From Arenicellales bacterium (GTDB lineage: Bacteria; Pseudomonadota; Gammaproteobacteria; Arenicellales; JAOTWM01): a DNA stretch of 56,058 bases. How positions within the stretch are numbered: position 1 is the first letter of the stretch; each line of letters opens with the position of its first letter. The stretch covers positions 1 to 56,058 of the forward strand of contig CAXMMZ010000099.1 in the NCBI GenBank assembly GCA_964194565.1. Direction: 5' to 3'. This document shows, piece after piece, positions 47,545 through 56,058 of the stretch. Made by a program: the position numbers and the translations under genes. The notes under the pieces are model-generated. The model was given only the letters and a program-made list of their open reading frames with translations. It made no database searches and was not told where the DNA came from.

Positions 47545-49144
47545 GCTGCGTCAGCGCATGTCCGGCGGCCAGGGCCATCCATGCCCCGAGACCCCAGATC
47601 GTGGCACCGAGCGCCGATCGCGGCCAGTCACCGTTTAGCCACCACTGCATGACTTCGGAACCCAACGCCCATAGCGTGATGCCGGAAATAACCAACGCCG
47701 GCGCCAGTAACCATACCGCATTGCGACCTGCCCGCATTGCCGATAGCGTCAGTGCGAAAAACACGGCGCCGACAAATAATTGACTGGCGGCGCCCGTTAG
47801 CACCCAGAATTCGACCCTAAGGTATTGATCGGCCGCGAAAAACCCCAGCACGGCGATGCCGATAACGGCGCGACGGTGATGCCGCTGCGGTCGAAGCGGA
47901 TCGGCGTTGGCCGCGGGCTCGACGCACTCGATAAGGAATTGCTGCACTCGAATGCCGGCCTCCAGCGCCACCATCGCGAGGCTCGCCACGGCAAAGGCGG
48001 CAAATGCTTGAGACCAATCGCTGGGGATTCCGAGCGCGTTAACGGCGGCGGCCAGGGCATTGACGATATGCAGTAACCATTGTTCTACCCCACCGCGCAG
48101 CGGCCACTCCGCATAATGGGCTTCCCAGCCGCCGCCATTAGCCAATGTGTTGGTGACCACAAATAGCACCGCGATCGCCAATAACCCATCGGCGACAGCG
48201 ATGCCGTAACCGAATCGTGCTTGGCCAAGCGGATTGTTCGGAGCGCCTTGGTGGTCGATTAATGTATGAAAGGCCGCAACCGCGCCGCCGGTCAGGACCA
48301 TGAACAGCAGTGGAAACGGTTTCGGTGCGCCGACGACCTCGTGGTATGGCGGTGCCTCGACGCGGTCGCCGCTCAGTATCAAGCCGACTACGGCAAGCAC
48401 TGCGATTATCGTGATGCTGAGCGCAGCGAGATAACCCTTCGGTTGAGCCAGGCGTCGCGTATCTATAGTCGTGGACAGATAAGCCAGCGCGATTATCGGT
48501 ATGACCCAAAAGCGATGCGGTTCCAGCGACCATTCCCAATCCGCGACTGCGACGATGATGGTGCCGCTGATGGACGGCAACCACCATTGGCTGAGTCCCG
48601 TAATCGCAACCAGCAGCAGCATCGTTAACACGCCGAACAGTAGTGGCGCGGTCAGCATTCGTTGTCCGAGCAGTAAGCTGATGGGCGTTAACAGGAATAC
48701 GGGCCATATCGCCGCCGGGACCGCGGCGATGAGTTCTGCTACGAGCAGCGCCAATAACGGATTCAGGCACAGCATCCAAGCCGCGAGCAGGCCATACAAG
48801 GCGCGCGCGCCTTGCTCCCCGAACAATTCCTCCGGCGAGTAGCGCTGCCGCATCCATAGGCTGCCAATGGCCAGGGTGCCGGCGAGGATGGCGGTACCGC
48901 CGACAATCCACAAAAATGCCGGCGCCCAACCCCAAGCGACACCGATTCCCACGCCTATGATCGTGCTGGCGCCCGCCACGGTCGCGCTGTGATAACCGAA
49001 CGCTATCGTTTGTTGCGATCGGTCGCCACCAGTCGGTGGTGACATACTGGCCGGGAACACCGCTATCAGCAGGAATTTCGCGCAATAGAGTAACCCGAGC
49101 ACGAAAACGACGGTAGCAATAGCCAGTAATGCGAACGGTATCAT
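47513..49144 (-). CDS. Polytopic inner-membrane protein, possibly distantly CstA-like
   Basis: About 14 predicted TM segments. The N-terminal FGYHSATVAGASTIIGVGIGVAWGW..FLWIVGG resembles the CstA FGHHFAAIAGAGP.. motif. The function call is weak. Confidence 0.7.
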   Translation of the reverse strand: MIPFALLAIATVVFVLGLLYCAKFLLIAVFPASMSPPTGGDRSQQTIAFGYHSATVAGASTIIGVGIGVAWGWAPAFLWIVGGTAILAGTLAIGSLWMRQRYSPEELFGEQGARALYGLLAAWMLCLNPLLALLVAELIAAVPAAIWPVFLLTPISLLLGQRMLTAPLLFGVLTMLLLVAITGLSQWWLPSISGTIIVAVADWEWSLEPHRFWVIPIIALAYLSTTIDTRRLAQPKGYLAALSITIIAVLAVVGLILSGDRVEAPPYHEVVGAPKPFPLLFMVLTGGAVAAFHTLIDHQGAPNNPLGQARFGYGIAVADGLLAIAVLFVVTNTLANGGGWEAHYAEWPLRGGVEQWLLHIVNALAAAVNALGIPSDWSQAFAAFAVASLAMVALEAGIRVQQFLIECVEPAANADPLRPQRHHRRAVIGIAVLGFFAADQYLRVEFWVLTGAASQLFVGAVFFALTLSAMRAGRNAVWLLAPALVISGITLWALGSEVMQWWLNGDWPRSALGATIWGLGAWMALAAGHALTQRPDTSPRIRS

Positions 49145-49617
49145 GACTTGTGGATGTAAGCGGTGATCGGCCGTCGCAAAATCTGGCGGTCCTCGGTCCG
49201 GTCGTGGCTATATAGCATTTTTTGCAGACGTACTAACAGAGCCCTTGGCAGCAACGATATTTTGCCCCCGATCGGCCTTGATAGTGAGCCGAATGCTCAC
49301 CTACTCAATATAAACTACGCGTCTGCGCACGTATTCTTCTGGCTCAGAAGCAAATTCTCATTCGTGCCAAGGATTCGGACAATTATTTTGCCGCCTCCTG
49401 TCCCGTCGATGTCGAAACCGGGCGGCGACAAAATTGAGGCTAAATTCGAAACAGAGCACTATTATTGTAGAGCAAGGCAGGTAATGATGTCGGGCGTCGG
49501 GCCGTAGTGGCAATATTGCAGGTGACGATCGGAGAAATTGCCCGCGGCCTATGTTGGCGGTTATAGTGCAGCGCCGCCTTCGGCATGGGTCGTGGACCCC
49601 AGTACGTATACGCTCTA

Positions 49618-51366
49618 ATGGGCACAATTCTAACTCACGACAAATTTTTGTTACGGGTCATCCGCTGTCTCGGTGCCGCGATAGGCGTTGCCTGGCTGGC
49701 CGTCGGTTGCGTCAGCGTGCCCGCCGACATGGATGTTGCAGAGCCTAAACACAGCGCCCCGCTGGCCGTGCCCCCCAATATTCCGCTCACGGCGGAACTC
49801 CTCTACGATATCCTGCTCGGTGAAATCGCCGACCAGCGTGGCTACGGCGATGTCGCGGTCGAGGCATTGAGCCGCGCTGCGATGGCCAGCAAAGATCCGC
49901 GGCTGTTGTCACGCGCCGGACGTCGCGCTGCGCGCGCCGGTGATTATGACAAAGCCTTGGAAATCGCTCAGCTTTGGGAGCAAGCCCAGCCTGGTCATCC
50001 GGCGCCTGCGCAGTTGTCAGGCCAAGCCTTTTTGGCAATGGGCCGTATCGAGGAGGCGTACGAGAAATTTGCTGAACTGATCCGGCATGTTGAGCCGGAG
50101 GTTGGCGGCGCCTATCGGCGTATCGCCGATTTGCTGGCGCGAAGTAGCAAAACGGACGGCCTGTTGGCGTTGATGGATCGTCTTATTGCGCTGCACCCTG
50201 AGAGTGCCGAGGCGTACTACTCCAAAGCGTTTCTGGCAGACCGCTTAAAGCAGGTGACGGTAGTCGGTGCCAGTATCGATCAGGCGTTGATGCTGCGCCC
50301 GGATTGGGAAGACGCAGCGCTAGGAAAATTTGGACACCTCGCGGACTCATCGTCTCCCGAGGACGCTGACGCTTTTGCGGATGAATATTTGCATGACCAT
50401 CCCGACGCTCCCCGGTTGCGGGCGCGTTACGCCCGATTTCTCGTAGACCGGGAGACCCCCCGCGACGCATTGATTCAATTTAAGTATCTCGCCGATCACG
50501 ACAGCGAAAACGCCGATGCCGCGTTTGCGGTGGGCTTGCTGAGCATTCAGATCAACGAGTTGCGTCAAGCGCGCGACTATTTGTTGCGCAACCTCGCGCT
50601 GAATGAAGACAATGATCAAGCTCGTCTTTATCTCGGACAAGTCGCGTTGGAGCTCGAGGACTATGACGGCGCTGAGACCTGGTACCGTGAAATTCGGCAA
50701 TTCGAATATGCGTTCGAGGCACAAATGTTATTGGCGACAGTGTTTGCGAAACGCGGTGATCTCGATGGTGCGATTGCCCATCTGCAAACGATCGAGCCGG
50801 TTGACGACGAGCAAAAATTGCAACTGTATTTGGGCCAGGAGCGGGTTTACCGGGAGACTAAGCGACTCAACGATGCCAAGATCGTTTTGGACTCGGCGCT
50901 AGTGGAACTGCCCGATCACCCGGAGTTGTTGTATGCCCGCGGCTTGGTGGCCGCCCAGCTCAACATGCTGGAGTTGCACGAGAGTGACTTGCGCAAACTC
51001 ATCGCGCGAGATCCGGAAAACGCCCATGCTTATAACGCGCTTGGCTATACCCTGGCGGATCAAACCAGCCGCTACGAGGAAGCGTTGGATCTCGTAGGCA
51101 AGGCATTGGAACTCAAGCCTGACGACCCCTTTATTATGGACAGTATGGGCTGGGTGCAATACCGCCTCGGCAATATCGAGTCGGCGATTGACTATCTGGA
51201 GCGCGCGCTGCACAGCCGACCCGATGCCGAAATCGCCGCCCACCTGGGCGAGGTGTTATGGGTCACGGGGAACCAGCGGCGTGCCAAGTCGGTCTGGAAA
51301 GAAGCGTTAAAAAACTCGCCAGATAACGACGTACTGCTCGGGACGATTCGCAAACTGCAACAATGA
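49618..51366 (+). CDS. TPR-repeat lipoprotein (conserved upstream neighbour of lolB)
   Basis: Lipobox LAVGC and multiple TPR motifs. The position upstream of lolB matches that in pseudomonads. The start could instead be 49585. Confidence 0.8.
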   Translation: MGTILTHDKFLLRVIRCLGAAIGVAWLAVGCVSVPADMDVAEPKHSAPLAVPPNIPLTAELLYDILLGEIADQRGYGDVAVEALSRAAMASKDPRLLSRAGRRAARAGDYDKALEIAQLWEQAQPGHPAPAQLSGQAFLAMGRIEEAYEKFAELIRHVEPEVGGAYRRIADLLARSSKTDGLLALMDRLIALHPESAEAYYSKAFLADRLKQVTVVGASIDQALMLRPDWEDAALGKFGHLADSSSPEDADAFADEYLHDHPDAPRLRARYARFLVDRETPRDALIQFKYLADHDSENADAAFAVGLLSIQINELRQARDYLLRNLALNEDNDQARLYLGQVALELEDYDGAETWYREIRQFEYAFEAQMLLATVFAKRGDLDGAIAHLQTIEPVDDEQKLQLYLGQERVYRETKRLNDAKIVLDSALVELPDHPELLYARGLVAAQLNMLELHESDLRKLIARDPENAHAYNALGYTLADQTSRYEEALDLVGKALELKPDDPFIMDSMGWVQYRLGNIESAIDYLERALHSRPDAEIAAHLGEVLWVTGNQRRAKSVWKEALKNSPDNDVLLGTIRKLQQ

Positions 51367-52010
51367 GTCGCTGTTTGTTGCTGGCTGCTGCCGCGCTGAT
51401 CGCGGGCTGCGCGACGCCGGTGGCAGAGCGAGGCGACCTCGATAGCGGTACGCCGTGGGCGGCGCGGAGTGCGGCCCTTGCCGGCCTCACCGACTGGCAT
51501 CTCAAAGCCCGGCTAGGGGTGCGGACCAACCAACGTGGCGGCACTGCGACATTGATTTGGGACCGGCAACAGCAGCGCCACCGAATCGATCTGTTCGGGC
51601 CATTCGGTGGTGGACGCATACGTATCACCCAGAACTCCCAAGGCGCGACGCTGATGGAAGGCAAACAGAGTGTGGCGACGGCTCGTAGCGCGGACGCGTT
51701 GTTGTTCGACCGGACTGGCTGGCGAGTGCCGTTTGCGGCGATGAGCTACTGGATTATCGGCCTCCCGGCACCCGGAACAACACATGAGCTGGAATTCGAC
51801 AAACAGGGGCGCTTGACGATGTTGGTGCAGCGGGGTTGGCGCATCGAATTTTCGGCGTATCGAGCCCATCAGCGCTGGGAGCTGCCGGAGAAGATTATTC
51901 TGGCCGCCGTGGAAGACGGTGGGGCCGAAAACGTGGCCCCGGGTGGTGCCGGCCAGAATTCACGGGTGCGGGTAAAGCTCTTGGTCAAGGAGTGGAACGT
52001 GCGCTCATGA
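51363..52010 (+). CDS. lolB: Outer-membrane lipoprotein LolB
   Basis: Lipobox LIAGC, the size, and the position between the TPR gene and prs. ATGA overlap with the upstream gene. Confidence 0.85.
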   Translation: MSRCLLLAAAALIAGCATPVAERGDLDSGTPWAARSAALAGLTDWHLKARLGVRTNQRGGTATLIWDRQQQRHRIDLFGPFGGGRIRITQNSQGATLMEGKQSVATARSADALLFDRTGWRVPFAAMSYWIIGLPAPGTTHELEFDKQGRLTMLVQRGWRIEFSAYRAHQRWELPEKIILAAVEDGGAENVAPGGAGQNSRVRVKLLVKEWNVRS

Positions 52011-52140
52011 GCACTTCCGTAGGCGTGCGCCGCGCCGCGTCCGGCCAATTGACAGGCCTATGCGAGCCGATCAGAATACGCCCCTTTCTCACGGCTCGGG
52101 CCAGTACCGTCGCGGGCAACGCGTAGGCTGGGCCATCGAC

Positions 52141-52215
52141 TGGGGTGTAGCCAAGTGGTAAGGCACCGGATTTTGATTCCGGCATTCCCAGGTTCGAATC
52201 CTGGCACCCCAGCCA
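52141..52215 (+). tRNA. tRNA-Gln (UUG)
   Basis: Cloverleaf: acceptor TGGGGTG/CACCCCA, anticodon stem CCGGA/TCCGG with loop TTTTGAT, T-arm CCAGG-TTCGAAT-CCTGG, and encoded CCA. Confidence 0.95.
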
Positions 52216-52285
52216 TCTTCGTATCCGGCAATGCGACAGTCATCCCAACCAGCTCCCATAACCGTAACGAAATAAGGTAGACGCC

Positions 52286-53236
52286 GTGTCTCTCGATAAT
52301 ATGGCGATATTCGCCGGCAACGCGAATCCGGATCTGGCCCAGCGCGTGGCTCGTTACCTTGGCATGCCGATGGGCAAGGCGCTGGTTAGCCAATTTAGCG
52401 ACGGCGAAGTGAATGTAGAAATAATGGAAAACGTGCGTGGCCGCGATGTGTTCGTGGTGCAGCCGACCTGTGCGCCCAGCAACGATAACCTGATGGAATT
52501 GTTGATCATGACGGACGCACTGCGGCGTTCGTCCGCCGCCCGTATCACGGCGGTCATCCCGTATTTCGGTTATGCCCGCCAGGATCGGCGGCCGCGGACC
52601 GCACGCGTCGCGATCTCGGCTAAATTGGTGGCAGCAATGATTAGTACGGCCGGTGCGAGCCGTGTGCTTACGATGGATCTGCATGCGGACCAGATACAAG
52701 GATTTTTCGACATTCCCACCGACAACATCTACGCGTCGCCGGTATTACTGGGTGATATTTGGCGCCACGAGCACGATAATCTGCTCGTAGTTTCGCCCGA
52801 TGTCGGCGGCGTGGTACGGGCGCGGGCCATGGCGAAACACCTGGAAACCAATCTCGCCATTATCGATAAACGCCGGCCGCGCGCGAATGAAGCCAAGGTG
52901 ATGCATATTATCGGCGAGGTGGACGGGCTTACCTGCGTGTTGATGGACGACATGGTGGATACCGGCAACACGTTATGTGAAGCCGCTAGCGCGTTGAAAC
53001 GCAAAGGTGCACGGCGAGTGCTGGCATACTGTACCCATGCGGTGCTGTCCGGCCCCGGGGTCGACCTCATTGACAAGTCCGAACTGGACGAAGTGGTGGT
53101 GACTGATTCCATACCGCTGCGTGAGAACGCGCGGGCGTGCGCAAAGATCAGACAGTTGAGCCTTGCCGAGCTGTTGGGCGAGGCAATGCGGCGTATCGCC
53201 GAGGACGATTCCGTAAGTTCGTTGTTCCTCGATTGA
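52286..53236 (+). CDS. prs: Ribose-phosphate pyrophosphokinase
   Basis: [10 protein letters not shown], the [11 protein letters not shown] motif, and the VSPDVGG and [13 protein letters not shown]-binding loops. Confidence 0.95.
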   Translation: MSLDNMAIFAGNANPDLAQRVARYLGMPMGKALVSQFSDGEVNVEIMENVRGRDVFVVQPTCAPSNDNLMELLIMTDALRRSSAARITAVIPYFGYARQDRRPRTARVAISAKLVAAMISTAGASRVLTMDLHADQIQGFFDIPTDNIYASPVLLGDIWRHEHDNLLVVSPDVGGVVRARAMAKHLETNLAIIDKRRPRANEAKVMHIIGEVDGLTCVLMDDMVDTGNTLCEAASALKRKGARRVLAYCTHAVLSGPGVDLIDKSELDEVVVTDSIPLRENARACAKIRQLSLAELLGEAMRRIAEDDSVSSLFLD

Positions 53237-53342
53237 TTTCGAGGATGAAAACGCTGCATTCGGCATCTGGGAAGGTCGCAGTATTGGTAAATGGCGTTGC
53301 GCTACAATCAGCGCAGCAATCGATTAGCAGTTGAGGTGAGTT

Positions 53343-54026
53343 ATGAGTGCGAGTTATGAGTTGAATGTCACAATCCGCGAACCAGGGGGCACCGGCGCCA
53401 GCCGTCGTTTGCGGCGAAGTGGTCAAGTCCCCGGTGTAATGTACGGCGCGGGAAAAGACAACGCGCATATCGTTTTCAATCATGAGGACGTCATGCATAA
53501 GCTGGAAATCGAGGCGTTTCATTCCGCCATCATCGATGTGAAGGTGGACGGTAAGTCGCAACAGGCGATAGTGCGTGACGTGCAAATGCACCCGTACCGG
53601 CGCCAGGTAATGCATATCGATTTTCAGCGCATTCGCGCTACCGAGAAATTCGAAATTTCGGTGCCGATACATTACATGGGCGAGGAAGAAGCCCCTGGTG
53701 TGAGAATTGACGGCGGCATTTTTTCGCGTTTAATGAACGATGTGCAAATAAGCTGTTTGCCGGCAGACTTGCCCGAATATCTCGAGGTCGATGTGTCGGC
53801 ATTGGACATGTCGGCGTCGGTCCATTTAAGCGATATAAAAATTCCCGATGGGGTCACTATCACGAGCCTTGCGCACGAAGGTGAAGATCTTGCCATCGCC
53901 ACCATCATGCCGCCGAAGATTGAGGAAGAGGAAGAGGAAGTCGAGGCTGATGCCGAGGGCCTAGAGGCCGCCGAGGAAGGCGATGCCGACGCCGATGCTG
54001 AGGCACCCGCCGGAGATGCCGAGTAG
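53343..54026 (+). CDS. rplY: 50S ribosomal protein L25 / general stress protein Ctc, with an acidic C-terminal tail
   Basis: R...GTGASRRLRRSGQVPGVMYG N-terminus and two-domain Ctc length. Confidence 0.9.
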   Translation: MSASYELNVTIREPGGTGASRRLRRSGQVPGVMYGAGKDNAHIVFNHEDVMHKLEIEAFHSAIIDVKVDGKSQQAIVRDVQMHPYRRQVMHIDFQRIRATEKFEISVPIHYMGEEEAPGVRIDGGIFSRLMNDVQISCLPADLPEYLEVDVSALDMSASVHLSDIKIPDGVTITSLAHEGEDLAIATIMPPKIEEEEEEVEADAEGLEAAEEGDADADAEAPAGDAE

Positions 54027-54049
54027 TATCGCTTTGATAGAGTACTAAC

Positions 54050-54658
54050 ATGGACGTTGGAATTCGGCTCATCGTGGGCTTGGGTAATCCCGGCGAACGC
54101 CATGCAGAGACCCGGCATAACGCCGGGTTTCTTTTTGTCGGGGCTTTGGCAGATCGGCTCGGAGTCGTGTTGCGGGCAGAATCGCGGTTCAAGGCGGATC
54201 TCGTGCGCTACGATGGCGCCGCCCATCCGGTTTGGTTGTTGCACCCGCAAACCTTTATGAATCTAAGCGGCGACTCGGTCGCGCCATTCGCGCGGTATTA
54301 CAAAATCGCGCCCAGCAACATTTTGGTGGCCCACGACGAGTTGGACCTGCCCGTGGGTACGGTGCGACTCAAGCAGGGCGGCGGCCACGGCGGACACAAT
54401 GGCTTACGTGATATTGCACAGAAACTTGGCACCACCGAATTCGTGCGTCTGCGAATCGGCATCGGCCACCCGGGCAACAGCGACGACGTGACCGACTATG
54501 TGCTGCGCCGCGCAAGTGCCGCCGACCAAGCTCAAATCGATTCCGGGATCGCCAACGTGCTCGGCCATGTCGCCGACCTAATCGACGGTCGCTATCAGAT
54601 CGTCATGAATGAGTTGCACCGTAGCGCCGACGCCACCATGCCGGCCAGCGATGCGTAG
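54050..54658 (+). CDS. pth: Peptidyl-tRNA hydrolase
   Basis: LIVGLGNPG..Y..TRHNAGF and GGHGGHNGLRDI motifs. Confidence 0.95.
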   Translation: MDVGIRLIVGLGNPGERHAETRHNAGFLFVGALADRLGVVLRAESRFKADLVRYDGAAHPVWLLHPQTFMNLSGDSVAPFARYYKIAPSNILVAHDELDLPVGTVRLKQGGGHGGHNGLRDIAQKLGTTEFVRLRIGIGHPGNSDDVTDYVLRRASAADQAQIDSGIANVLGHVADLIDGRYQIVMNELHRSADATMPASDA

Positions 54659-54688
54659 TTAATAGCTAAACGTTATCAGGTAGACGGT

Positions 54689-55780
54689 ATGGGATTTCGT
54701 TGTGGCATCGTCGGCTTACCGAATGTCGGTAAATCGACATTATTCAACGCGCTTACGCGATCCCGCGCGCAGGCCGAGAACTATCCGTTCTGTACAATCG
54801 ACCCCAACGTCGGGATGGTGCCGGTGCCGGATCCGCGCCTCGATCGCATCGCCGCTATTGTCGAGCCGAAAAAAGTCATTCCGACAACGATAGAATTCGT
54901 CGATATCGCCGGGTTGGTCAAAGGCGCGTCGGAAGGCGAAGGGCTGGGGAATAAGTTTCTCGCTCATATCCGTGAGGCAGATGCCATTGCCCACGTCGTG
55001 CGGGCATTCAATGACGACAATGTCACCCATGTTGCCGACCGGGTCGATCCGCAATCGGATGTCGATGTCATTAATACCGAACTGGCGCTAGCGGATTTGG
55101 ATACGGTGGGACGGGCTATCGAGCGCGCCGGTAAAGCCGCCAAAACCGGCGACAAGGAACAAATCAAATTAGGTAAAGTGCTGAGCCACGCGCGGGATCA
55201 TCTCGACCGCGGCGCGCCCGTGCGCACCCTCGTGTTGGATGCCAACGAACGCGCCGTGTTGAAACCGCTATGTTTGTTGACCGCGAAGCCGATGATGTAT
55301 GTCGCGAATGTGAGCGAAGACGGCTTCACCGACAACCCGTTATTGGAGGCGACGCAGGCCGCGGCGCGAGGTGAAGGCGCCGAAACAATCGTGATATGTG
55401 CCGCTATAGAGGCCGAGCTCGCGGAGCTTGCGCCCGACGAGCACATGGCGTTTCTGGCAGAGATGGATCTGGACGAACCGGGATTGCATCGAGTCATTCG
55501 TGCCGGTTACGCACTTTTGGGTCTACAAACCTTCTTCACAGCCGGCCCTAAGGAAGCGCGGGCTTGGACATTGCGTAACGGTGCCACAGCACCGCAAGCC
55601 GCCGGTGAAATTCACACCGATTTTGAGCGTGGCTTTATTCGCGTGGAAACGACGGCGTATGAAGATTTCATTGCGTGCAATGGCGAGCAGGGTGCCCGCG
55701 AAGCCGGCCGCCTGCGCCTCGAAGGAAAGGAATACATAGTGGCCGACGGGGACGTAATGCACTTCCGCTTTAACGTCTGA
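54689..55780 (+). CDS. ychF: Redox-regulated ribosome-binding ATPase YchF
   Basis: [31 protein letters not shown] and the C-terminal TGS-like domain. Confidence 0.95.
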   Translation: MGFRCGIVGLPNVGKSTLFNALTRSRAQAENYPFCTIDPNVGMVPVPDPRLDRIAAIVEPKKVIPTTIEFVDIAGLVKGASEGEGLGNKFLAHIREADAIAHVVRAFNDDNVTHVADRVDPQSDVDVINTELALADLDTVGRAIERAGKAAKTGDKEQIKLGKVLSHARDHLDRGAPVRTLVLDANERAVLKPLCLLTAKPMMYVANVSEDGFTDNPLLEATQAAARGEGAETIVICAAIEAELAELAPDEHMAFLAEMDLDEPGLHRVIRAGYALLGLQTFFTAGPKEARAWTLRNGATAPQAAGEIHTDFERGFIRVETTAYEDFIACNGEQGAREAGRLRLEGKEYIVADGDVMHFRFNV

Positions 55781-55892
55781 CCCGCCCGGTATCAAACCCC
55801 ATCAACGCGCCGACACGGGCATAGCCCCAGAGCAAGATCTCCGCTAAAATCTCCGACCCCGCCGGATTGCCAATCCGGCCGATTCCTACAAA

Positions 55893-55970
55893 TGGCTATG
55901 TAGCTCAGTTGGTTAGAGCACGGCACTCATAATGCCGGGGTCGGTGGTTCGAATCCACCCATAGCCACCA
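55893..55970 (+). tRNA. tRNA-Met (CAU), elongator type
   Basis: Near-identical arms to E. coli metT (GGCTATGTAGCTCAGTTGGTTAGAGCA...CTCATAA...GGTTCGAATCC...CATAGCCACCA). 78 nt, with one extra C at the D-stem/anticodon-stem junction. Confidence 0.9.
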
Positions 55971-56058
55971 TAATATCAATAAGATTGCATCAAAGTGCCT
56001 GACACGATGCTATCTATAGGTCCCTTGTAAGTCCTTCCTAAGTCCAACAAATGGGCGG

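Noticed and set aside
48138-49085. 315-aa alternative-frame ORF on the same strand as the membrane protein gene
   Set aside because: It is an Arg-rich out-of-frame translation. The 543-aa frame gives regular TM segments.
49145-49584. 440-bp AT-richer divergent intergenic region between the membrane-protein and TPR genes
   Set aside because: It contains only a small hairpin (GTGAGC-CGAAT-GCTCAC) and spurious short ORFs. Nothing distinguishes it from a pair of divergent promoters.
53672-54250. 192-aa minus-strand ORF spanning the rplY tail and pth start
   Set aside because: It is antisense to two well-supported genes. Its Ser/Ala-rich repeats mirror the acidic tail of L25.

Overview
This is a 56-kb chromosomal segment that looks gammaproteobacterial. 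Hand counts of core-gene lines give about 58-62% G+C. Gene order resembles Pseudomonas and E. coli: rph / yicC-gmk-rpoZ-spoT-ridA-recG-ubiA, hemA-prfA-prmC, and TPR-lolB-tRNA(Gln)-prs-rplY-pth-ychF-tRNA(Met). Most of the window is housekeeping. It includes a split molybdenum-cofactor cluster (moaA, moaB, moaD, moaE ... moeA, moaC), stringent-response and translation genes, aroE, gor, prlC and xthA. I saw no rRNA, CRISPR array, transposase or integrase. Six things are not ordinary. (1) A cyclic-nucleotide locus at 4.0-9.9 kb. It has an outer-membrane barrel gene and a 1137-aa zinc-ribbon / class III cyclase / STAND-ATPase / TPR protein whose cyclase active site is non-canonical. A repeat-filled 745-bp intergenic region follows, containing a 412-bp segment bounded by perfect 20-bp inverted repeats. 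Next comes a divergent Crp-family receptor gene, then a perfect TGTGA-N6-TCACA box followed by a roughly 220-nt structured, non-coding-looking stretch that ends in a strong intrinsic terminator just upstream of nudix-moaA. (2) A MITE-like repeat family with at least 7 full or partial copies, TA-flanked, with termini GCCCGGATATTTCACGAAGG. Its ends supply stop codons, a protein C-terminus and a gene's upstream region. (3) A PP2C phosphatase / Hanks kinase pair inserted between rph and yicC. (4) A complete but functionally unexplained AmmeMemoRadiSam triad. (5) An orphan ParA-like gene flanked by 13-nt direct repeats. (6) A low-GC block that splits the moa cluster, and loss of ispE from the conserved lolB-ispE-prs arrangement. 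All functional calls come from reading motifs in the supplied translations. No database search was run.
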